Shown here: piece by piece, positions 1 through 5,437 of the stretch | How positions within the stretch are numbered: position 1 is the first letter of the stretch | How the letters are laid out: each line of letters opens with the position of its first letter | Origin: a virus | Taxonomy: Duplodnaviria; Heunggongvirae; Uroviricota; Caudoviricetes | IMG/VR virus record: IMGVR_UViG_3300025326_000020 | Length of the DNA: 10,392 nt | Reading direction: 5' to 3' (one strand) | Position numbers and translations under genes: made by a program | Notes under the pieces: generated by a model | Told to the model about the DNA's origin: nothing | The model's input: the letters and a program-made list of their open reading frames with translations, nothing else | Database searches by the model: none

Positions 1-81
1 TATCACCAATGTTACGGTTGCCCACATTCTTGCCTTTTCTGCTTTTGTTCGTGGTATAACCGGCTTTGTCCGACTAGCCAT
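1..81 (-). CDS. Hypothetical protein, N-terminal 27 codons only (runs off the left edge)
   Basis: ATG at 81-79 preceded by AAAGGGG; open frame MASRTKPVIPRTKAEKARMWATVTLVI to the window edge. Not in the ORF track. Confidence 0.55.
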   Translation of the reverse strand, partial: MASRTKPVIPRTKAEKARMWATVTLVI

Positions 82-323
82 TATTCGGCCCCTTTCAGGT
101 AGGGATGGCATAGGATGGGCTAAAATGTCGGCTTTCGAGGCATTTCGACTCTAATCCGCATAATAGTCCATCCTGCACCATTTCTACCTGAAATGTCGTG
201 TGCTGTCACTGTTTAGGTCTAAATGTCCGATTTGCCGGTTGATTCTGTCCGTTTTGGGTTGGAATCTGCCGCTACGTCCATTATAGCTCGCGCTTTGTGG
301 ACATATGGTACTAATCCGACATT

Positions 324-509
324 TTAGTATGTGACCTGCATCACATTTGTTCTGTCCTTTTTATCGTGTTGTATGATGACTTTACCAATTGCTGATAGTT
401 TGTTGCCAGTTGTGGCGTTTATACCACATGTGCAAGTTGCGGCATAAGTGCCATGTTGTACCTTTTGCACTGTTACATCATGTTTTACGTACTGTGGTAC
501 ATTCATCAT
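324..509 (-). CDS. Small hypothetical protein (61 aa), possible Zn-binding (H10, C26-x-C28, H48)
   Basis: RBS GGAGGA 3 nt before the ATG; co-oriented with neighbours. Confidence 0.75.
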   Translation of the reverse strand: MMNVPQYVKHDVTVQKVQHGTYAATCTCGINATTGNKLSAIGKVIIQHDKKDRTNVMQVTY

Positions 510-520
510 GATTCCTCCTG

Positions 521-842
521 ATATGTCCAGATTTAGGCTGCCATGCCTGATTTATTGTACTTAGAACATTTGCCCGATTTCCAACAATTGCTCTGATAGG
601 TAATGGAATTCGACATTTGTCCGATTTGAGTGGTATTCGCATGATTCCCACCATCTTACCACAATGGTGGGATTGTCCGGTTCGGTAATGTATGGGATGA
701 CTTTAGTCACTTTGCCCACACATGTACCTGTTTCGCACATTTGTACTTTTTCGATAATATCCTGCCTAGTTACGATGGTTCCTACCTTTAAGCTCATGTT
801 TGCCCCTTTTGATAGGGCATGGCAGTCTAAAACTAGACATAT
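521..842. repeat. Gene-enclosing inverted repeat 1 (arms 521-547 and 816-842)
   Basis: ATATGTCCAGATTTAGGCTGCCATGCC versus reverse complement of the right arm ATATGTCTAGTTTTAGACTGCCATGCC; 24/27. Confidence 0.9.
561..797 (-). CDS. Hypothetical protein (78 aa), possibly an SH3/KOW-like beta barrel
   Basis: RBS AAGGGG; LKVGTIV...VGKVTKV...IVVRW pattern; exactly enclosed by the 521-547/816-842 inverted repeat. Confidence 0.8.
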   Translation of the reverse strand: MSLKVGTIVTRQDIIEKVQMCETGTCVGKVTKVIPYITEPDNPTIVVRWWESCEYHSNRTNVEFHYLSEQLLEIGQMF

Positions 843-1201
843 ACGGATATAACGGGGTATGGGTGGTTTGGGGGTTTAGTAGGACTCTACGTAGTATGCA
901 GTAGTTTCAGTGGAAAAGTCCCAATCTTCCCATTGGTCCACATCGCCCATAATGCCTGGATCTTCTGATATGTCCTTGATGTCCTCTAGGAGGTACATAA
1001 GGCTTTCATCCGAATCGTCCTCTTTGAGCAATTTCTCCACATGTGTCTTTAATGTCCGAATTGCTTCCGGAAATGTGTCGAAATCGCCCAAAGGGGTACC
1101 TGTCAGACTTTCGTCATCAATCGGCTGATATGATACAGACCATCCCATTTTGTCCTCTTTCGAGATATAGTTACCCATACCCCGATATATCCGTACATGT
1201 C
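836..1201. repeat. Gene-enclosing inverted repeat 2 (836-864 and 1173-1201)
   Basis: GACATATACGGATATAACGGGGTATGGGT versus GACATGTACGGATATATCGGGGTATGGGT; 27/29. Confidence 0.95.
876..1148 (-). CDS. Highly acidic hypothetical protein (90 aa); start revised from 1349 to 1148
   Basis: Motif GAGGACAAA-ATG at 1148; MGWSVSYQPIDDES...; the track's 5' extension crosses repeat arms and overlaps the upstream gene. Confidence 0.8.
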   Translation of the reverse strand: MGWSVSYQPIDDESLTGTPLGDFDTFPEAIRTLKTHVEKLLKEDDSDESLMYLLEDIKDISEDPGIMGDVDQWEDWDFSTETTAYYVESY

Positions 1202-1202
1202 C

Positions 1203-1553
1203 ACACATATCCAACTTTAACCTACCTTGTGCTGATTTGGAAGGTTTTGCTACTATGTCACGGTTTGTGGTGGAATGTCCGATTTGGGAGGCTTTGAGGG
1301 TTGTTCCCGATCTGTCGCTCTTGTCATAAGAGCAGCCTGATCTTCCCATTCGTCCACATATTGGGTGTTATGGGACATACCATCCCATTCGTCGTAGTTT
1401 ATCCACTTTGCCCGACTATCATCCCAATAGCCCGATTCGTTCTCTTCGCGCATTGTGCGGCGATTGTACTCTTCTTCCGCATAGTCGCGTTCATCACTAT
1501 TGTTCATTTTGCCCACCTTTGTCTGACAAGGTAGGATAGAGCTGGATATGTGT
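1203..1553. repeat. Gene-enclosing inverted repeat 3 (1203-1230 and 1526-1553)
   Basis: ACACATATCCAACTTTAACCTACCTTGT versus ACACATATCCAGCTCTATCCTACCTTGT; 25/28. Confidence 0.9.
1253..1507 (-). CDS. Acidic, Y/W-rich hypothetical protein (84 aa); start revised to 1507
   Basis: AAAGGTGGGCAAA-ATG; MNNSDERDYAEEEY...; enclosed by the 1203-1230/1526-1553 inverted repeat. Confidence 0.7.
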   Translation of the reverse strand: MNNSDERDYAEEEYNRRTMREENESGYWDDSRAKWINYDEWDGMSHNTQYVDEWEDQAALMTRATDREQPSKPPKSDIPPQTVT

Positions 1554-1846
1554 TGGTATAGTAGCTTTAGACCGGCATGTCCGTTTTGTACTAGTTGTTG
1601 GTAAGTGAGGCGAAATCTGCCTTTTCGGCGATAAAGCGAACATCCTCCTTAATGTGCAGCAATGTCTCAATTGCTACAATTCCTGCCTCAATGCGGCTTT
1701 CGTCGCTTTCTGCACTAACTAGATCAAATGTGGCCTTTGTGTAGGTTGCCACCAATTGTCCGAAATGCTTCATAAAGGCGTTAACGTCCATTTTGTCCTC
1801 CAAAGGATGATTTGGTAGGACATGCCGGTTTAGAGCTACTATACCA
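1554..1846. repeat. Gene-enclosing inverted repeat 4 (1554-1582 and 1818-1846)
   Basis: TGGTATAGTAGCTTTAGACCGGCATGTCC versus TGGTATAGTAGCTCTAAACCGGCATGTCC; 27/29. Confidence 0.95.
1591..1791 (-). CDS. Hypothetical helical protein (66 aa); start revised to 1791
   Basis: GGAGGACAAA-ATG; MDVNAFMKHFGQLV... Confidence 0.8.
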   Translation of the reverse strand: MDVNAFMKHFGQLVATYTKATFDLVSAESDESRIEAGIVAIETLLHIKEDVRFIAEKADFASLTNN

Positions 1847-1847
1847 T

Positions 1848-2185
1848 GGATCATCTGGTTTATGGAGGTATGTTGGGCATTGTGCGGATTTAGCGGGTAA
1901 TTGCCTTTCGAGTAGGATCGTACGAATTGCGCCATGCGTTCCTAATGTCACGAAGTGCCCTGCTAGTAGCCAGTTTGTCCGTTTCGTCCTCAATGCCAGA
2001 CATGTCTACCATTCGATAGATTGCCTCGAATGAGGTAGTCAGTCCGATTAGTCGCATGAGTCCCTTAACTACTGACCTGTGGATTTTGCCCGAAGGATGC
2101 GGGTTTGGCCACATTTGCGCCCAAATGTCCATTTTGTGCTCCTTGTCAGGTTTTGCCCGACATACCCCCATAGACCAGATGATCC
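1848..2185. repeat. Gene-enclosing inverted repeat 5 (1848-1879 and 2154-2185)
   Basis: GGATCATCTGGTTTATGGAGGTATGTTGGGCA versus GGATCATCTGGTCTATGGGGGTATGTCGGGCA; 29/32. Confidence 0.95.
1890..2132 (-). CDS. Hypothetical protein (80 aa); start revised to 2132
   Basis: AAGGAGCACAAA-ATG; MDIWAQMWPNPHPSGK... Confidence 0.8.
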   Translation of the reverse strand: MDIWAQMWPNPHPSGKIHRSVVKGLMRLIGLTTSFEAIYRMVDMSGIEDETDKLATSRALRDIRNAWRNSYDPTRKAITR

Positions 2186-2342
2186 CTATTTACCCCTCCC
2201 TGTCCATATGTGTCCGGATTTGTGACGTATTGTCAGGGAGTCACCGATTCCTTCGGAAATGTTCAATTCTTGAGGACGTATCCGTATCCGTCCCTATATG
2301 TCGGTATTTGTCCTGACATGTCCGAATTTGTCGGTGCATCTT

Positions 2343-2640
2343 GGACTTACTACCTTCTGTCGGACATGTACGACATGCCCGATTTTTACCAGGTGTACCT
2401 TGGGTACTGGTTTCGGTTGATTTGATACATTTTGACCGCAATGTCCGTTTCGTACTCGATGACCGACATGTCAGGTTCCCCACACATGTCCAGAATGCCG
2501 AAAATGTCCATTATGTGCAGTTTTTCCATTATCTTCTCATATGCCCGCTTTGTCCCTTTACGCAACAATTCGTATGAATCATCCATTTTGTCTCCTTTGT
2601 GAACATTTATCGTACATGTCCGATAGGAGGTAGTAAGTCC
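2343..2640. repeat. Gene-enclosing inverted repeat 6 (2343-2373 and 2610-2640)
   Basis: GGACTTACTACCTTCTGTCGGACATGTACGA versus GGACTTACTACCTCCTATCGGACATGTACGA; 29/31. Confidence 0.95.
2386..2586 (-). CDS. Hypothetical protein (66 aa); start revised to 2586
   Basis: AAAGGAGACAAA-ATG; MDDSYELLRKGTKRAY... Confidence 0.8.
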   Translation of the reverse strand: MDDSYELLRKGTKRAYEKIMEKLHIMDIFGILDMCGEPDMSVIEYETDIAVKMYQINRNQYPRYTW

Positions 2641-2660
2641 TATTTCTACCGATAAGACCA

Positions 2661-3026
2661 ACATTTCCAGGTTTAAATGCATATGTCCGCTTTGAGTGGG
2701 TTTGTGCTACTTTACAGTGATTGTCCCGTTAGGGAGCTTTTCAACTGTTGCGTACCATTTGCGACTTGTGTACGGATTTGGACCAACAACGGTGTATTTG
2801 ATACCAATGTCCATATTGTCCATCATGACCGTTTTGCCTGCGTTTGGTCCAAATGCGTCAGTTACGTAGAATTCCACCTTTGTCGGGTACGTGGCGATTC
2901 TACCCTTAAGCTCCTTTTTGGTTGGAATGTCCGCATTGGTGTTAATATCTCTTGCGCCCACGTTTACGTACATTTGTGCTCCTTGTCCGATTTTATACGG
3001 ACATATGCACATAGACCCGGAAATGT
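2661..3026. repeat. Gene-enclosing inverted repeat 7 (2661-2689 and 2998-3026; gapped extension to 2648/3042)
   Basis: ACATTTCCAGGTTTAAATGCATATGTCCG versus ACATTTCCGGGTCTATGTGCATATGTCCG; 25/29. Confidence 0.9.
2707..2973 (-). CDS. Phage hypothetical protein (88 aa); start revised to 2973
   Basis: AAGGAGCACAA-ATG. TKKELK...VVGPNPYTSRKWYATV resembles, from memory, a small unknown-function family in actinobacterial phages; not verified by search. Confidence 0.8.
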   Translation of the reverse strand: MYVNVGARDINTNADIPTKKELKGRIATYPTKVEFYVTDAFGPNAGKTVMMDNMDIGIKYTVVGPNPYTSRKWYATVEKLPNGTITVK

Positions 3027-3028
3027 CC

Positions 3029-3333
3029 TGGTTTGTATCGGTTTAGACGGGTATGTCCGAAAATGTACTAGATCGTGCAGTTTTGGAATGCTTCGAAGGC
3101 ATTTGCCCATTCGTGGGCTGAATGCCAGATTCGCACCCAAATGAGATCATTGCCCCATATGCGCACTATCTCCACATAGTACCAATTGTCCATCCTGTCC
3201 GGTTTGCTTGCTTTGACCAGAATGGCCATTAGGTCAGGATTGTCATAAAACTTCCTTGCTGCTACGATGTGTCCCATTTTGTCCTCCATTGTCCGTTTTG
3301 AGAGGACATACCCGTTTAGACCGATACAAACCA
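3029..3333. repeat. Gene-enclosing inverted repeat 8 (3029-3058 and 3304-3333)
   Basis: TGGTTTGTATCGGTTTAGACGGGTATGTCC versus TGGTTTGTATCGGTCTAAACGGGTATGTCC; 28/30. Confidence 0.95.
3068..3277 (-). CDS. Hypothetical protein (69 aa); start revised to 3277
   Basis: GGAGGACAAA-ATG; MGHIVAARKFYDNPD... Confidence 0.8.
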   Translation of the reverse strand: MGHIVAARKFYDNPDLMAILVKASKPDRMDNWYYVEIVRIWGNDLIWVRIWHSAHEWANAFEAFQNCTI

Positions 3334-3355
3334 AAAGGCATAGTTTCGTGCCTTT
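3334..3355. other. Local hairpin (7-bp stem) at the head of the left gene block
   Basis: AAAGGCA-TAGTTTCG-TGCCTTT; abuts repeat 8. Followed by UUGGUUUG on the minus strand, so a weak terminator is possible. Confidence 0.5.
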
Positions 3356-3368
3356 GTCCGGTTCTGTC

Positions 3369-3410
3369 ACTATTGACTTATTAAGTAACGGTTTGACTGG
3401 GTTTCACCGG
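3369..3410 (-). promoter_or_regulatory. Conserved 42-bp element, copy 1 (candidate promoter or operator of the left gene block)
   Basis: 33/42 identical to 5328-5369; both copies lie directly upstream of a minus-strand gene block. Function is inferred. Confidence 0.5.
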
Positions 3411-3684
3411 ATTTCTACCGTTCCCAGCCGGTTTGGTATCTAATGCCGTCTTTTGTCCGATTCGGTGCTTTTTTGCTACTTTCAGTCTACTCTCGCCTAG
3501 TTTGGGCTGATTTATCATGATATGACCGATTTACCAGCTTATAGCAGGGCAAGTTTTGTACCGATTTAGCGGGATATGACGGATATGTCCGATTTACCGT
3601 ATATTCGGGGCAAACTGGACATGATCTTGTGAGATTTGTCACACCACTAAATCCACTCAACAGTGGTAATATCCGGACAAGTGC

Positions 3685-3973
3685 TAGATTGGGTAGATAT
3701 GAACTGGTATGTCCGTTTTGACTAGTTTAGGCTGTATCCTGCTGGTATGTACTCACTTGTCACTCTTGGCATGAAATGTACGTATTCGTCTGTCTTGTGC
3801 CAAATTACCTCTTTTGGGAGGTTTTCGAGTCGTGTGTACAGGTTTGACCGCTTTCGTCCTAGAATGTTCCAAACGCTAACTTTGCGGTGTTTGCCTGAAT
3901 AGCCCATTTTTGTCTCCTATGTCCGTTTTGTCTGCTGGGAAGCGGACATACCAGTACAAATCTACCCAATCTA
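3685..3973. repeat. Gene-enclosing inverted repeat 9 (3685-3715 and 3943-3973)
   Basis: TAGATTGGGTAGATATGAACTGGTATGTCCG versus TAGATTGGGTAGATTTGTACTGGTATGTCCG; 29/31. Confidence 0.95.
3722..3907 (-). CDS. Basic hypothetical protein (61 aa)
   Basis: AGGAGACAAAA-ATG; MGYSGKHRKVSVW... Confidence 0.8.
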   Translation of the reverse strand: MGYSGKHRKVSVWNILGRKRSNLYTRLENLPKEVIWHKTDEYVHFMPRVTSEYIPAGYSLN

Positions 3974-4235
3974 CGCATATCCGGATAAAAGAGCATATGT
4001 CCGTTTTGGGTGGTTAAATGCGGGTTAGTGACATTTTGAACGCATGCTGGGCATTTGTCGTGATTGTCTGCAAATGCACTATTGTGTCACACTTTGCCCT
4101 GCTGTGACACCTTTCGCACGTTTCCTTGTGATTCATTGCGTTTAGTCTGGCTTTGTCCCATTCTGCCCACAAATCTACCATTTTGTCCTCCATGTCCTAA
4201 ATGGGTGGACATATGCTCATTTATCCGGACATGCG
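3974..4235. repeat. Gene-enclosing inverted repeat 10 (3974-4002 and 4207-4235)
   Basis: CGCATATCCGGATAAAAGAGCATATGTCC versus CGCATGTCCGGATAAATGAGCATATGTCC; 27/29. Confidence 0.95.
4014..4181 (-). CDS. Hypothetical 55-aa protein with an H-x3-C-x2-C-x5-C putative Zn site (not in ORF track)
   Basis: GGAGGACAAA-ATG at 4181; MVDLWAEWDKARLNAMNHKETCERCHSRAKCDTIVHLQTITTNAQHAFKMSLTRI; TAA at 4016-4014; enclosed by its own inverted repeat. Confidence 0.8.
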   Translation of the reverse strand: MVDLWAEWDKARLNAMNHKETCERCHSRAKCDTIVHLQTITTNAQHAFKMSLTRI

Positions 4236-4236
4236 C

Positions 4237-4610
4237 GCATTTGTCCAGGTATGTGATGGTATGTCCGCTTTGTCAGTTACATTCCAAATGCCTCACTAAG
4301 CCACATTTGGGCTGCTTCCTCCTCATCTGAGGTGGTTAGTACCAATTGAGGGTTGTTGCCCTCTTTGTCCGTTTTGGACACCTGGTACCCATTTGTGAAA
4401 GTTGCCACAAATGAGTGAACTTGCACCAGTTGTACCAAAACGTCCTCATTGTCCCATTTCTGGGCTTCTGCGGTGGTTAAGTAGGAAAAAGGCTCATCTA
4501 CAACACTTTGCCCTACATGTCCAATTTGGGTACGATCTGACATGATATGCTCCTTTTGTTCGTTTTGTGCAAACCGAAACGGACATACCATCACAAACCC
4601 GGACAAATGC
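4237..4610. repeat. Gene-enclosing inverted repeat 11 (4237-4267 and 4580-4610)
   Basis: GCATTTGTCCAGGTATGTGATGGTATGTCCG versus GCATTTGTCCGGGTTTGTGATGGTATGTCCG; 29/31. Confidence 0.95.
4277..4543 (-). CDS. Hypothetical protein (88 aa); start revised to 4543
   Basis: AAAGGAGCATATC-ATG; MSDRTQIGHVGQSV... Confidence 0.75.
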   Translation of the reverse strand: MSDRTQIGHVGQSVVDEPFSYLTTAEAQKWDNEDVLVQLVQVHSFVATFTNGYQVSKTDKEGNNPQLVLTTSDEEEAAQMWLSEAFGM

Positions 4611-4611
4611 T

Positions 4612-4965
4612 GACTTATCCGGATTTAGGGGTGTATGTCCTTTTACGACCTATTTGACTAGATCGCGCCGATTTTCCACGGTTCGACCTCTATGGTCGCT
4701 TCGCGTAGAATGTCGGTTGCCTCACCATTGTCGTTTATGAGGCATTCGCTCATAATGACCGTATTGCCCAAATTGGGCAATCTGACCACTACGTAGTATT
4801 TGTCCTCATTGTCGGGAGTGAGGAAATTCTCCTCATATCCCACAACTGTCCCGATTTGCACCCGGAAGTCGTCTTTGTCCAAATAGTACTGAGCGTCCAT
4901 GATTGTCTCCTTTGTCCATTTTACTTGGATTTGGGAGGACATACACCCTTAGATCCGGATAAGTC
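4612..4965. repeat. Gene-enclosing inverted repeat 12 (4612-4641 and 4936-4965)
   Basis: GACTTATCCGGATTTAGGGGTGTATGTCCT versus GACTTATCCGGATCTAAGGGTGTATGTCCT; 28/30. Confidence 0.95.
4658..4900 (-). CDS. Acidic hypothetical protein (80 aa), possibly SH3-like; start revised to 4900
   Basis: AAAGGAGACAATC-ATG; MDAQYYLDKDDFRVQIGTVVG... Confidence 0.8.
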   Translation of the reverse strand: MDAQYYLDKDDFRVQIGTVVGYEENFLTPDNEDKYYVVVRLPNLGNTVIMSECLINDNGEATDILREATIEVEPWKIGAI

Positions 4966-4972
4966 TCATTTG

Positions 4973-5290
4973 CCTCACATGTACCCTATGTCCGACATGT
5001 CCGTTTTTCCTACTTTAGGACTTTTTGGTCCTGATTGTCGGTCCTGTGTAGCTTGTCGACATTACGGCATAGATGAGGTTTGTCTCCTTTGGCCTGTTTC
5101 CATCCAGTACGTCCGATGTGACCCATTCTGTCCGTTCTAGCCGGGTTGCGAAGATTGCCCCATCTTTCCATTCTGTCACGGTCCATACCTCTCGTAACAA
5201 TTCGTATGAATTGTCCATTTTGTCCATTTTGTCTCCTATGTCCGTTTCTGCCCGGGGAGCGGACATGTCGGATATGGGGGACATGTGAGG
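4973..5290. repeat. Gene-enclosing inverted repeat 13 (4973-5003 and 5260-5290)
   Basis: CCTCACATGTACCCTATGTCCGACATGTCCG versus CCTCACATGTCCCCCATATCCGACATGTCCG; 28/31. Confidence 0.95.
5015..5227 (-). CDS. Hypothetical protein (70 aa); start revised to 5227 (or 5218)
   Basis: AGGAGACAAA-ATG; MDKMDNSYELLREVW... Confidence 0.75.
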   Translation of the reverse strand: MDKMDNSYELLREVWTVTEWKDGAIFATRLERTEWVTSDVLDGNRPKETNLIYAVMSTSYTGPTIRTKKS

Positions 5291-5292
5291 TT

Positions 5293-5312
5293 TAGCGGGA
5301 TAGCTCCCGCTA
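5293..5312. other. Local hairpin (8-bp stem) at the head of the five-gene block
   Basis: TAGCGGGA-TAGC-TCCCGCTA, between repeat 13 and the outer arm. Confidence 0.6.
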
Positions 5313-5327
5313 TGTCCGGATATCTCC

Positions 5328-5369
5328 ACTGTTGAGTTGATAAGTAACGATTTGGAGGGATTTCACCGG
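5328..5369 (-). promoter_or_regulatory. Conserved 42-bp element, copy 2
   Basis: Minus-strand consensus CCGGTGAAA-N8-AAA-N-CGTTACTTA; overlaps the outer stem arm. Confidence 0.5.
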
Positions 5370-5428
5370 CTTGTCGGATATTTGGGGAATGTCCGATAGT
5401 ACCGTTTCCCGCCCTTTGACCTACTTCA

Positions 5429-5437
5429 AGTATAGCA
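5429..5437 (-). promoter_or_regulatory. Candidate extended -10 element TG-C-TATACT facing the small-gene array
   Basis: Matches TGn-TAnnnT; no recognisable -35. A related TGCTATAAG lies at about 3538-3546, upstream of the other block. Confidence 0.3.

Larger units (their letters stand above)
3655..5337. repeat. Outer inverted repeat enclosing the five-gene block (3655-3679 and 5313-5337)
   Basis: ACTCAACAGTGGTAATATCCGGACA versus ACTCAACAGTGGAGATATCCGGACA; 23/25. Confidence 0.9.

Noticed and set aside
1781-2483. Minus-strand ORFs 1781-1993 and 2241-2483
   Set aside because: Overlap better-supported genes in other frames and cross stem arms.
664-5288. Plus-strand ORFs in the track (664, 910, 1043, 1301, 1812, 2056, 2210, 2341, 2677, 4064, 4856, 5073)
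   Set aside because: Antisense shadows of RBS-supported minus-strand genes or runs through repeat arms; C/P/M-rich compositions and no convincing RBS.
521-5290. IS/MITE terminal inverted repeats or classical integron attC sites
   Set aside because: Each pair has a different sequence; no target-site duplications, transposase or integrase are seen; attC hairpins lie wholly downstream of a gene rather than around it.
521-5290. Invertase-driven shufflon
   Set aside because: All 13 enclosed genes share one orientation, the sites lack a common full-length sequence and no recombinase is in the window. Not excluded without read data.
876-5329. Long 5' extensions of track ORFs (starts 1349, 1935, 2171, 2682, 3012, 3370, 4606, 4942, 5329)
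   Set aside because: They translate repeat arms or overlap upstream genes; internal ATGs carry the conserved start motif.
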